From the NCBI GenBank assembly GCA_903813345.2, contig CAIIXF020000001.1:14880001-14944000 (forward strand): a stretch of 64,000 bases of DNA, read 5' to 3'. The notes under the pieces were generated by a model that made no database searches, was not told the DNA's origin, and saw nothing but the letters and a program-made list of their open reading frames with translations. Both the position numbers and the translations under genes were made by a program. Positions 28,936 through 43,900 of this stretch are shown piece by piece. This DNA is from Owenia fusiformis. Taxonomy: Eukaryota. Numbering within the stretch: the stretch's first letter is position 1; the number at the start of each line of letters is the position of its first letter.

Positions 28936-31900
28936 TCATATATCACAGGCTTTCACTTTGACCTCAATAGAGGGCTCCATTGTCCATGTGTCTTTAATTG
29001 CACTGTTGCCGAGGTAACCGCTACAGGTGGCGGCCATTTTGAAGTAACCTGCCTCACAGAGGATAAATGAACAAGCGTGGTTCACAGTGGAGTTTCCTTC
29101 AATCTGGAAATATAATATACACTTTAAATATATGATTTTGATTAAATGATTTAATCTCAGGACTCAATAAAGTCATGATAATTTTAAGCACAAGGGTCTT
29201 GCATGCGACTATAAATGAGGGTGAGAGCCAAAATTCAAAGCCTAGCATACAAGACACAGTATACAAATCACCCACAGTACATTGAGTCATGTGCTTAGAT
29301 TGTTTTCCGAATTTAACCAGAAACATTTTTGCAAGGGTTTTTCAAAGTCAACATTATGACCTGCATATGCACCTACTTGGCCTTTATGATACTACAATAA
29401 AACCTGTCTGTTACAAACACAATGGGACTGCCAAAAAGTGTTTGGATTAGGAGGTGTTCAATTTGAGGTCAATCAGCAGGACTGTGGATTTTGAAGAAAT
29501 GTAAACAATTTTCACAAGTTTGATTGGCTAGTTTTATGGCATTCCAATAATTTGAAAAGATTCAAATGAATTTGTTAGTCATGTAAGAAAGATACATTAT
29601 GATTGAGACAATTCACACCACTGATGTGTTCAGATATACAGGTTTTACAGGTTTACTGTATTTATAGTTTTTCACTCAACTGCCAAATTGAAACTATGAA
29701 ATTTTAAAACCAACCTGTTTGAAGAAATGTGAAGGGGAGCCACCAGGGATAATGCCACTACAACTGGCATCCTTTCCCTCCATCTGACAGTCTTGTAGGC
29801 ACTTTAGGCATACAACACACTCCTGTATTGAGCAATCTACAAATAAATAATATCTCATAACACACAAATTCGAATTTCAAAATCCAAAGGATAGAGGTTC
29901 AGGCAGTAAATTGGCTTGAATTGGCAGTGTTTAATTTGGTGAATTTACCATTTTTGAGTGATTGAGGGGTTCAACAGTCAACAATGAACTTTGAAACATT
30001 ACCTAAGTCCCTTACTCTACTGCACTTACCTACCAGGGCACATTGAATCCCTTAATATCAATTTTGACAGTTCATGATGTAATCTTTTTTGGAATATTGC
30101 AACTCAAATAAATTAAGCATTATGCCTGATTCTTCAGTATTGTTATTCATATATCACAGGCTTTCACTTTGACCTCAATAGAGGGCTCCATTGTCCATGT
30201 GTCTTTAATTGCACTGTTGCCGAGGTAACCGCTACAGGTGGCGGCCATTTTGAAGTTCGAATTTCAAATTGAGGGGTTCAGATTCAACGGATATATAGAG
30301 GTTCAGACTGTAAATTGGTTTGAATTGGCAGTGTTTAATTTGGTGAATTTGCCATTTTCGAGTGATTGAGGGGTTCCGATTCAACGGATATATAGAGGTT
30401 CAGACTGTAAATTGGTTTGAATTGTTTAATTTGGTGAATATACCATTTTCAGAAGATTGATAGGGTTGTATTTGCTCACCTGCTGAGTTGATGAGGTCGA
30501 CTTCAATGTTAACTAGGTCACCTACAGTGAACTGATGTCTCACACCTTCTTCATGGGGTGTACCATTCACTCTCACATCTACAACATAAAATTGAATTAT
30601 ATATATTATATATAAAATGTAAAAATATAAATAGATATAAATTGTAATACAATTCTAGAAATCTATGAGTTAATTTATCATTTTTCAAGATATTTAATGT
30701 GACATTAAAGACTTTGAACAGTGAGAGGGAGATGATGTTACTTAAAATATGAACTTAAATATTTTATCCTGGTTCAATGTTGCTGAATGTGAGAGTAAGA
30801 CTTTGTTAGATTACAGTTTCACAAGACTCAGTCCCCTAGTTTGCTAGAAAGGATATTTACCCCATTATCACTAATGTTTTGCAATCTTGGCAATTGTAAC
30901 TGATATATGTTATATTAGATATAAAATGATAACATGGAAAAGTAATATTTACCCCATTGAACAGGTGGTAGTTGTATGAGGGAGATCTGATCCTGGGTCC
31001 ACTCAAGATGGTCCAAGTGCAGCACCCCACTAGTATTATTGCATGACTGCATCAGTTAAGGTAAATTACGTGTACATTTAATAGACCTTTTTATGGATAA
31101 CTGGTTTTAGCAGTGACAACCTGGGGGTCATTAACAGAAACTTAGTAAAGTTACGAATTCGTAAATCAATTGTTGTAACCATGGATATAATGACGTCACA
31201 GTTAGAGAACAATGGGTTTTGCGAATTCTTAACTTTATGAAGCTTCTGTTAAAGGGTGACGCATATCGTTTAGCAAATCGAACGCTCGTTTCTGGTGTTG
31301 CTCACCGTTTAGTATAAAAGGCCCGATCCCGGAATAATACTCAAGGGTTCACAGGCTCGAGGTCGTTGTGTCAACACCTCTAACTGTTATATAGCATAAG
31401 TATATTATAAATCGTCACATATTTATAAAACGGTGATTTTTATTTTGACAAATCAATTCCACATTTATGGGTGAAGTTTCAGGATCTTCTATTTGTGTAT
31501 AATAAGGAAAAATTGACATTTTTTCCCCATAACGTAATAGCACACAGCTTGGTATATGAAATATCCTACAAATGAAACAAAGCAGTTCTAATACAAGGAT
31601 TTATATTGGCTGTTGTACATATTCTTTGAACGCAATCACTCTATGGATAATGTTTTCAAAATCATTATAATCGGATTACTTTATCTCAAAGACAATTTCA
31701 ATAAACTGGATTTTACAGAACTCCCCTTATTTCTTAAAAATGGACTGATCCAGTCGATTCGCCTGGAGCCGCCATATTGTTTTTATACGGGATGCTTATC
31801 GGAACCCTTTAATGGCCCCCAGGTGACTAGGGTTAATTGTTGGAAGTGGATGAGAGACAAGGCATTAACATGCAAAATGTCACCACCTGCCATATGTTAC

Positions 31901-34900
31901 AGACGCTGAACACCAACCACCAAACATCAACCATTGAAAACCAAACACTGAACACCACCTACATAAATTGACACAAAGAAGCATGAACTAGCTAATATTT
32001 AACAAATGATCTTTTGCTGTTTAAGTGTAAAATAAAAATACTCTCATATCTATTTCTAAAAACTAGATTTTAAATGACTATGAGACATTCATTTGACAAA
32101 ATGTGCGACAACTGGTTCAGGCAAAAATGGTGATGGTCACAAAAATGGTGGCTAATATAGGGGAAGTCGTCCTATCAGCGCACGGTTACTCAGGGAAACT
32201 AGTGAGCATTTCTTCTAAAATTTAAGTAGTGTTTGATATTTCTCAATCTCCGAACGCTAACACTTTAAGACCCCTTAGACTCACATGTGGGGTGGTCCTA
32301 ATTATCGCACAGTCGTCCTAATTATCGCACAGTTGTGTTTCAGATGTCATTTCACGATACTGTATACATTTCTCTGTTTATAACAGATACACACATATGC
32401 TATAATGATTTTTCTATCGGTTTTAGTGTAAAATATCAACAAAATATCCATTATACACTTTCTTTTCTGTCTTTATTTGGAGGGGGTCAAACTTTGTCAG
32501 ACGAATTTCACTTCTTGCGCAATAGCATTTATGACAATAGCGGAAGTAAACAATTCTTAAAAAAGAAGAGATATTTCTAAATATATGAATAAATCATGAA
32601 GATTGGGAGTAATTGTGTTGAACTGTTTTTCGTAACACTGGTTTAAGAGACGGTGGGTGCATATTTTAGCTATTTACACAGATCCGGAGCCAGATCCAGC
32701 CCCTATTGGTACTAGGCTCAAAGGATTTATAATTATTAGTATATTTATTGAGCCTAGACACAGAGGAGGTAATCTAGCAGAGGTCCGTGGCTATTTAGGA
32801 CAATCATGTGATAATTAGGACCGTGCGATAATTAGGACCATTTCCCCTATGTAATTGTTACCATGTTTTTCTTCTAGAAAAGGATACAATAAGCCACCTA
32901 ATATTGACTAGTTCTGCTATTTGCTGTGAAACAGAAGTGTTAAACTGTGATGCTACATTCGAATGAGCTAAAGAGATGGCAGACTGTACAGATAGACCAG
33001 ATGTTGAGGAAGTGTGCATGTCACTATGTATGGGCGACCCTGAACTGTCATTGAATTGCACTAACATACACCTCTCTATCAGCAGGCTCAACCTGAAATA
33101 AAACATACAGGTAAATATGACACTTATATAGTATGCATGTACAATATACACCTTCTCTACGTCAATAGCCTTGTTTCAGCTTATTATTCTTTAGTTATAA
33201 AAGGCACTCATATGGTGAGTCTGTATACTGCAGAAAATGTGATTCCTCCAAAACGGACTAAAGTGAGAGACATGACCAGTTGTGTAAACCACTTAAAGTG
33301 GATATGGACAGCCAGACAGATGAGTAGGTGATTCCATAGGACAATGTGAGAGTCACAAACCATGGAGTTTTCAAAAATGTTGCCATTCATGCCATTCTGC
33401 AGTTCTGTAATTAGAAGGTACTAACTCCTCAACTGAGAATTGAACTTACAGGTAGGAAACATTTCCTGAATGGTGCGGGAGAGGAGTTTCAGACAGTGTT
33501 TGTTTGTATGTGTTAGATCATAGTTACTACTTTACTAGATGTGCTGATTTTTGTATTTTTTGTAATATTCTTTAGTCTTTCCCCTTTGAGCACTTGTGGT
33601 GATAGATTCATTTATTCGAGAGAATTTCTATTTTCAGAATCTTATTTCCTTTTTAATTATGATTATTACCATACCTTCCTGTTTGTCCGCTTTGTAACAC
33701 TATACTCTTCATGTCATAGAAGATAATCACTTCCTCACTGGTAGCATTCGTAAGGGAGACAAACAGGTTACATCGCCTGGAACTAAATGGAAGAAGGAAA
33801 TAGATTTTTGTTAATAATTTGTTATTCACGATACTCAACTTATGTAATACTTTGTGAACATTCAACACTATAAGGTCAAATAATATAAATGCAAAACATA
33901 TTTCATTTTCTCTGAACAAACTAAACAAGGCATTAGCATACAAAATGTCACTACCTGCCATTTGTTACAGAACACCAACCACCAAACACTGTCCACAAAA
34001 ATATTGGAGACTATATAATATGTCACCACTTCTAATGGCGACATAAAAACGAATCGAATAATAAATAAAATAAAATTACTTTCTTTCATAAAAGAAAGAA
34101 TATTTTGAATTTACATTAATAATGTTGACAGTTTGTTACCTGTGTGGTGTGACATGGCATTCCTTTACAATAAGACATGGCTTGATCTCAATGTTGATAG
34201 AGACGGCACACTGCCTGCAGTAGCCTTCTACCATCCCCTCTCCCCCACTGTATTTGAACTGTAGCAGACCTTCATAGTTCTGAAACACAAGTTCACTTCA
34301 GTTGAGAATATCCTAATATTTTAAGTCAATGCATGGCCTCAATGGAAATCATGTAATTTACAGCACTACACACAACCGTTTGTCATTTATAGGTGTTTTT
34401 TGCACTATAACTACTTAAAGCCATCTAACGTGGGCTGAAGATTTTCTCTTCTTTATTATTTGTTGTATACTAATATTGTATATTATTGTGTATTATTATT
34501 TGTTTTTCGGAATTTCAAGGTCGGAATTTTTATAAGGGCAGGTACATTGGTATCTCTGATATCAATATTTAATTGATAAATAATCATTTATTGATTTTGG
34601 GTATGACCACTCACATATCAGAATTCCTAGATTGAATGAACCAATGTTAATTTATGCCAATATACTACATTGCCAGACATTTTGAATCTAGATAACATTA
34701 CATCATAGTTAAAGTCTATACATGTAAATATGCATACAGGGTGTCCAATAAATAAGGTGAAAGATATTGTAACTTTCCTAATATTGCACCAATCTTGATG
34801 AAATTTTCAAACCCATTCTTGCCCATTTCCTGAAGTCTCGCTAAGACATGTGATCTGAGTTCATCAGTGCTTCCAAATTTATTTCCTCTCAAGTCACGCT

Positions 34901-37900
34901 TGAGTTCTGCATATAAGTAAAACTCATTGGGTGCAAGTTCTGGGGAATATGGAGGGTGTGCAAGTAGGGGAAGCCCCAGTGCCCTAATAGTTTCACTAGT
35001 GAGCATAGCTGTGTGTGAACCCAGATCACATGTCTTAGCAAGGAAATAGGCAGGAAGTGGGCAAAAATTGGTTTGAAAGTGTGTTTAGAGAGTGGGTGAA
35101 TAGGCATAAGAGTGTATAGCTAGAGATGGATATTATGTTGAATAGCTTATTTTCATAACAATGGGACTTTAGGACTGTTTTTATATTGTATTTGTGGTAG
35201 TAATAGACCTGGGAGTACGAATAAAGCTATCAGAAAGAATAATAAATATGTTTTGGTAAGTTGTGACGTAAACAAACTTGCCCCGCCTTTTTGTTGTATC
35301 GGTTGCTATAGCAACCACAACTCTGGCCAATCAAATAGAAGATGCTTTAAATTCACAGAATAAAGGTAAAAAGGTTTGGGCTACAAACCCTGAAAATTTC
35401 ATCAAGATTAGTGCAACATTAAGAAAGTTACAATATCTTTCACCTTATTTATTGGACACCCTGTATGTAGTGCATGCATTTCTATAACAAAGTTACCAAA
35501 ACAATTTCCTCACCATAGTTTTGTTCTGGTCTGCTGCATTATTATGTGATACTACAGGTTGGTCTGAAAAATGAGAAACTCTCTTAATGAAAAAACATAG
35601 CATCCATTACATTTTACGCAAGGCTCTTCACAACTATGTTAATTTTAAATGTATCAATTTAATGAAAACAATAACATATAAACAAACATTTATTTGAAAT
35701 ATTTTAATGAATTTCTTCAATATCAAACAGTAAAGAGAGAGTGTTTCTATGTTGAAGAACTACCTACTTTGTATAAATTGTTTCTGCCCAATGTCAACAT
35801 GCATATTATGCAGACCATGCATGTACACAGTGAATGCTGCTTGGTTATCTTTCTCTATGGGCAATTGTGACTGCAAATTCTCATGGTTCCATACTAGCAC
35901 CTTATCTAAACTATCTGAAATGAAGTGACAATATTCTTTAGATTTATCTTTTACAATCGAATATACATTTAAGGGTCAAAGCAAACATTTGTCATAACTG
36001 TATAGTCATTGAGAAATCATTTTGAGATGAAAACCACTTTAGGTTAAAATGAAACCAATTTACATAGTCTTGTATTAAGTTCAAAACCGTTCCAATCTCG
36101 GAAGAGGATAACAAGGAGCTGGGGACTGGCCAGAGACTAATGCAATTGACCATATTCAAGAGTAAAATAAATAAAAAAGTTTTCAATGTTTTTGGTTTTT
36201 AGTGCAATTGGTTTTTGTTCCTTTTTACCAATTCTTGAGAATGAAATAAAATATCTTTCCGAAGCTTGCTGGAACAAAATTAAGAAATATAGACTGAAGG
36301 GCAGGGGTAATATTGTTGAATACACCCCACAGGGCTAGGCACAAACGTTTTCTGTACCCTGAATGACCGAAGGGAGTGAGGGGTTCGAAAGCTTTTGTGC
36401 CTAGCCCTAAGGGGTGTATTCGACAATATTACACCTGCTATTGAGGTTTATATTACGATTCGAACATGAAAACTCACCAAAATGTTTTGAATATTCATTA
36501 CATTCTGCCATTACTACGGCATGCCGTTATGATGTCACACATTACACATATTACCAGGGGTATTCTTCACGAATATACCCCGGGTGAAATGTTGACTTTG
36601 TTAACAGTTTATAGAAGACGTGAATACAGTCATGTTTGCATTTGCGAGGATTTTGTATCAAAAATCTAAATTTGCGCAAAATCTGCGAAGAGAGCATTCA
36701 AGAAGCTAATAAAATATTTTGTTTTTGCAATTTTATGCATTTTGCGATAGACTTGCTAACCTTTACTGCAAGATGATTCTAAATGTAAGTCCACACTCTC
36801 CACTGTCTCATTCCCAACATTCTTCAATGTGATTTGGCACTCTTTACTAAAACATAAATCAAATAAATACATGTTAATTATCAATGACAAAAGTTGAGTT
36901 GCAAAAATATGGTGGCTGTAATTTGTTAGCTTCTTTGATGAAAACATTCTAATTTGTGTACTACATTGTGATTGTGTTTCACACCAATATGGCACAATCT
37001 TCATATTATTATATAAGTTCCATGTTGATAATTGTGTAAATTATGGCAATTATATTGTGTATCATCAATAACAATATGAAGTACATCCTTACAGCTAAAC
37101 TATTGATAACATCAAAATCACAATATTGATGTTATACAGATCTTGGGAACAAGAACACATCAAATTAAACTCAATTATCATTAAGTCTTACGTGTTATGT
37201 TTTATTCAGTTGAGTTATCTATGAAAAAGAGTGTACTTTCCAAAAAGATAATGCATACCTCTCTCCCATATACAGTACAACACTTGTACTTGATACTATA
37301 TTGGCTGATCCCCTACAACTACTGAAACTACCAGACTTTGGTAGAGATGACATGACTTGTACACGAGGGAGAGGTGGAATGATGTTGATGTTGTAATAGG
37401 GATATTTAAGATGTGAAAGACTTCTGAGTCGGCAGTTACTTTTCACACCAAACACATGTGTGGTGTAGCCTAAAAGAAGAATTAAAATTCAATATGTATG
37501 AAGGGTATTGTACTTATTTGCGTAATTTTTGACTATTTTAAATAATCAGTTACCTAAATATAACACCTTCCTCGGTACATCATTTCAGAGCACCTTTAGC
37601 CAATTTTGTAAAAATTTGCCACAAACATATGTATTGTATTGTATTGTAAAATCACAAACATTTGCCATCAACATTTTGAAATGGAGCTATTTTAAAACTA
37701 CGTAAAATTTTACATGTTAGTTATAAATTCATTATACATAGACATGAGACATACCAACAAGTTTTAACTCTCCATTCTCTCTAGGTGTCCCTAGTATTTT
37801 CACAGGGTAGGGACCACTCTCAGGGGGTAAGGTCATGCTGGCAGGAAAACATTCAAATGCTACTACATCAGTCATTAAACCCTATAAAACATAGAAACCA

Positions 37901-40900
37901 TGAAGTAAACTCCACTAGGAACGTAAATTAAATTCATAGGAGACATAAATGAAATAGAAAAGATATCAAAGATTAATTTACTTAATCATACATAAATCAT
38001 GTAGAGATATCACTCACTTTAGCAAGTACTTATAATAATATGTAGAGCTTATAACATGGATGCAAGTTGAGAAATCTTTTAATGTTAAAGAACTGTCATT
38101 GCTCACTGAAGTACGGTGTGCTCATCATACAAGTACAATCAGGGCTGATTAGATAGTTTCCACAAACGTTTGTCTGTACATAAAGGAGACTGGCCAAAAA
38201 TTCAAACAAAAGCCTCCATCTTTACATACCAAGCTGGTGACTTTCAGCTCAGTTGGCATTGGGTTGTAGACCTGTAGACAAACCTCACAGACATCCCCTT
38301 CCACCCACTGGAAGTCTACAAAAACAATTCAGAAGTTTTCAAATGTTGTTTTGTATGTATACAAATTGTATTCGCCTTTGAAGTCATATGTTTACTTAAT
38401 ACATTAGAAAGTTGAGAAAAGGACTGACACAAATACACTTATAAGTTCATCATTTATACCAGAGGTTACATATGTCGAGCACAACACAAAATAAGTCCAA
38501 ATTCCAGTTCAATATTTGACCACTTGGTGGAGACATAAACAGAATAATTGAAAGGAAATATTGTTTGTAGTGTTTTATTTATGTTTTTCACGACATTCCT
38601 CCAGAGATAGTAATATTTAGTTTATTACCTAAGTCTTCTTTTGAGGACAGATCTTCATGTTGGGATGATTGCGTAGAAAAGTTGATCGGTGAAAATATGA
38701 AAGGGTTATCTCCAAGTTTATTTATACTGGCTGATTGTTTCAGCTTCACTGGTCTCATGTGTGGGGCTAATGGCATCACTTCAAAATGTCTAAAATTACA
38801 AAATAAAAACAGCCTAATGTAATGTCCAAAACAGAAGAAGCTCTGAATGAGTTACAAAAATTTAAGTCCCGTAATTGCTCACTGAAAGATGGAGGACGAG
38901 GTGCTCATGACAAAAGTACAAGTCCTTAGTCCATAGTCCTTTTCCAATTTAAGCAAATTAGGTTCATCATTATAATCTAATAGAGAATTTGTTGTAAATA
39001 AGTCCCTGAATAAACTACTGAAAAAGGAAAATTATAACAAGGGACATCTGCAAAGGGACTACAAAATTCAAAAGAATTTAGATTTTACTCTATATTATCA
39101 GTATCAATCGGCTTATTCAACTATAAAGGACAAGTATGTGTACACGTACGAGTACATTAAATGCCACTCAGAAATATTAGAACTTTACTTGATAAAATAT
39201 CTTTAACTTACTTGACAAGGGGGAACTTTGTGAGTGGAATGGCTGGTAGAATTGTTCCATTATCTAAGGCAAGGGGTTGAGCAGAACCTTCACATTTGGC
39301 TGGAAGCAGTAAAACAATATATATTTTGTTGAAGTTTTATCCACTGTGTTTTTTTATATGTTTCAATAACAGTGCGACCAAAAATTGTGAAATAGTGTGA
39401 CATAATAATCAATAGGTTGCAGCACCGCCTAGTGAGTATATTCATTATGTTTTTAGGCTATTTAGATCTCAGTAAAATAACCAATCTGTTATTTATTAGC
39501 CGATGGGGCTAAAAGACACAAAACACATAAGGTTTCAATTTCAAGTTGATTCTATCCTATAAAGTGACATTAGGAAATATTATGATTATCACATACCTGT
39601 ATATGACTCTAAGATGCTTGTGATTTCCTTCTTATCTTGTTCAGTTAGGGAGTCAAACATGCCATGGAGAAGGTGGGTGATATGTCTACAAAAAATGAAC
39701 AAATGTGTATAACTTAATGTTACATTGGAATTGGCATGCCTCTTTTAAAGCTTACATACTTTGAGTGACACATTAAAAGAAAACAGATAAGCTGTCTCAG
39801 GGTTAATTGAAAATGTACAAGACCATTGGAAACTAAAACATTACTGCAAATCAGAAATGTAACAACTGTAAACCATCTCTTAACTTTCTTATGAGATAAT
39901 TTCTGAGGCAACGAGGCTTTTTATACACGACAAAAGAATAAGTTATTAAAACTATTGCAAATGTAACATTTTGATAATGGCACCAGTCACAAATTCATGG
40001 CTATAACAATTGGTCACCAATTCTTGGTGATGACATAAGAAACAAGGCATTAACATGCAATATGTCACTTCCTACCATTTGTTACAGATGCCAACCACCG
40101 AACACCAACAATTAAACACCAACTGCCAAACACTGCACGAAAAATAGTTGGAGACTATAAAAATATGTCACCACTTGTGGTGATGACATACTAGACAGGA
40201 GGTATGAACATCCACAATACCTTATTGCAATAGCAGGGTTTCCCATCCTACGTGCAGAGTAGACTAGTTCATGTAGAACACGGAGCTGTATAACAGGCCA
40301 GCCACTTGGGTATGCTGTAAAACACAACAATGACTATTGACTGGTCCACAAAAGGATGATAATACTGGAGTTAGTATCAAGATGGTGGACAAAATTTGTT
40401 TGATATCGATGAACCTTCGATTTTAGCAAAACCAAGTAAATCTTGATTCGAAATATTTCGTCAATTGAAAAAATTTGAAAAACAAAATTATTGAAAAAAT
40501 TTGAAAAAATCTAAACCATCTAATATCACTTTTGAAACTACTGAATATCACTGCTATTTGAGAAGTCATATTCGATGGTTTGAGAAGTGATGGTTTGGGG
40601 ATATTTTGCTAAAATATGGTATCCTGATTCACATATCAAATATATCTTCACCTGATATTCGATCTATATCCTTGTAACCATGGAATAATATGATTAATTC
40701 TATTTCTATCAATTTTAACTTTGACATGTTTACCTCTGGGAAATTCACTGGGGTCAAGTGAGATTTTGTAACCATTAAGTGCCTGAAGAAGTAGATTATA
40801 ACACTGGAGCCAGGCAGGTTTGGGATTAGATGGCGCCACACATTGCATGGCTGCGACACGCCGGAAAAAAGCTGCCTTGCGTTGAAATCCTATTTGGCTG

Positions 40901-43900
40901 TAGAGGGATGAGAGAGTACTGTATCTCTGAATCTACATGAATATAAAAAGAAGAATCATTTTCCTGATTTTTTAACAGTTAAGATCATATTTGTTTACTT
41001 GGAAAATGTACCAATTATTATAGGTATGTGTAAAATATGAAAATATACGCAGGCACTCTAGAATCACTTTTCTCATATTAAGTCAATGTTATTTCTCTCA
41101 AAGCAACGCATAGTCAATAGTCATTGAATTCTTTCACATTATCTGTTAACATGAAATATAAAGTATGGGGGTAAATTATGGAGTTCACTACCGTTAGTTA
41201 AGATGGGGGGGGGGGGGTGATTTTACCTTTTCCTCATCTGACTGTTGGATGTTGATGTAAACAACATTCTGAAGGAAATCAGATGCTTCTAGATATTTCT
41301 GAAAATAAATGTCAAATTAAAGCAATTCAGAAAACATAAAGTACAATATTTGAACATATTCACTGGAACACAGTCAATAAGAACTGTAAAACAAAACAGT
41401 TAATTTTGAATGTGACAAAGTAGATTTTTGAACTTTTTTTTAAAAATATTGTTATATAAATATTTCTGATTAAAGAATTGTGTGTAGCAATAATTTCTAA
41501 CTTAAAAACATTTAGTTTCCATTTTCCTAAATTGCTATATAATATGTTACATACCAACTGTAAGATGAGCACCCTGCAAGCTTTTATACTGGCCTCCATC
41601 TCAATAATACCAGCTTGCTTGATCTGAAATGAAGAAAAAAAGATAATACAAAAATGACCATTTATGTATGTTTTCATGGTGAATTGAATGTTTTATTCCA
41701 GCTGCTGTGGAGTTGTATGCCGAGTACTAGTGAGAGGGCTAAAGTTATCAAACACAAGGGATATGTCATAGTTGTCAAAATTAGGAAATAAATACTTTTC
41801 ATAAAAATTTCAGACAAAGACAAATTTTGGGCAAAGGGTGCAATTAAATGTGATTTACATCTTTTCGCAATGTAACTCCCACAGATCATGTGAATCCATT
41901 TAAAATCAAAGATTTTTGCATTCATATTTTGACAAGAACTAGGATAAGATGGGTTTTTGAATCCAGTTGAGAAGTGGAGGAAAGAACAGTGTGGTTTCTT
42001 ACCTTACTGTAGTGGACAATGGCCTCTTTGTATTTGTCTATGATATCATCAGGCATGAGACAGTTCTTGGTTTTAGCATTGAAGCTGTCCAAACCATTTT
42101 GGGACTGGAGTGGGTTGGAACTTCTAGCTCTTATTGAACCTGGAGAGAATCATATACAAGCACAGTAAGATTAAAGTCATTTTGTTAAAGATAATGCTGA
42201 TGCTTTGATGAGGTAAACTGAATTGAAACATACTGCTGTGTGCATATGATCCCTTAAGCTGTTTTCAGAATTTTGTTTTATTATGGCATTTTTATTGGAA
42301 ATATAATTTACTGATTTATGTGTATGTTAAACATAATGGGCTTCATGATTATCAATTGATGTTGGAGAATCATTCATTAGATTAAACTGGACATTATCAT
42401 ACATGAATTGCTTCACAAGTCTCATTGAAAAAAATTCTTGGAAATACAAAAATGTCTTACTAGTATTATTGAGCATGTCTTACCTGGTGAAAATGTTGCT
42501 TTTTGCATTGCTGATATACCACGTCTGGTTGAGAAAGACAAATTGCGGGAAAAGGATGTTGGACGTTCTGTTCTGGGGTAGTTCACAATAACAGAGGCTG
42601 CACAAAGACCTTCATATGCAGCTAGAAACAGAACAAAATGTCATATAAACCTTTAAATACTTTCCGTTAATATTCATTAAATTTCATCTTAGATAAACAA
42701 GTTAGGTGCATCTACTGAAAAATAAATATGGGCTATTCCAGCAATTTTAAGCAAGAATATGGGAGACAACATTCGAATTTTATATAAACATAATACTAGA
42801 AGCAATAGCATAGTTTCGTATAAACAGACTAGAGTGAAAGTTCTATCCAAATGTTCATCATTTTTTGTCATTAACTCAAAATCATATCAATTCATCTCAT
42901 CCAGTTGACCATCTCATCTCATTTCCTAAAATTGCAAGGATTTGTTTAAAATGTTTAATAAACAAAATATCCTGTACTAGTATATGTATGCTCATTGATA
43001 GCAACCTACCTGCAAGCCAGAGGGAGTCATTGACAGAGCGCAGAGAGTCTAGACATGTCTGATAGTGAAGAACAGCCTCAGCTGGGAGCCCTGCCAGGAG
43101 ACATAGGTCACCGAGGTACTTCCTTAAACGCCCTTGGCATTTCTTCCTGTAGGACCTAGAATTGGAAATCAGTTATACAAGAACAGTTAACAGTGTATTT
43201 GCACTTCATATTCAGAATAATATGACAAAGAATCAAAACATCTAATATGTATCACTTAATAAAGCATGTTTAAAAGGGATGTAGTTAATATAAACATGAA
43301 TACTACTATACCTGCTTTCTGTATCAATACCAACAAACTCCCTTCTCTCATAAGGTGCTGCAAGTAGTGGCATTCTCTCCAACTTCTCAGCAGATCGATC
43401 AAGCCTTTTGCTTTCAAGCACCCAGAATAAGGAAGATGCAAAATCTCGTATTTTGGCTTCAATATCAGAGCAGTCATCTACATGTGCATAGAACCAAACT
43501 TGTGTTTTTGAATTGATGCTACCACTTCCACTTGATGACCCTGTTGAGCTCCTTGACCTATCACCTGACCCTGAGTCTCCTTGACCTTGATCAGGGTCAT
43601 CTTGATTTTCCAAAGTGTCAAGGTCATCAGATGAATCAGATTTTCCTAATTGACTGAGTGGATGAGAAGTCACTTCCAAACGATCACTAGACACCTGTTT
43701 TTTATCATTCTTGTCATCAGTTGTAAAGTTTGAGTTTTCATTGATAATATCACTATCTGAATAACTTGTTTTAACATTTTCAGTAGTTTTTTGAAAACCA
43801 TTGTCATTGGTTTCAGTAGATATATTGCCACTGCTGTTGCTGACTGTTGATAAAGACCTTGGTTTAACTTCTAAATTCTCGTTTTCATTCTTGGGTAGAG

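Larger units (their letters stand above)
31047..32887 (-). other. U12-type (minor spliceosome) GT-AG intron of TRAPPC9
   Basis: 5' site ATT|GTATCCTTT at 32887-32879. Branch point TACCTTAAC at 31063-31055, just upstream of the 3' CAG. No polypyrimidine tract. Joins NIRWLI to SCNNTSG in phase 0. Confidence 0.88.

Noticed and set aside
33361-33404. Possible extra TRAPPC9 cassette exon
   Set aside because: It has an in-frame stop in the required phase, and the flanking exons join in frame without it.
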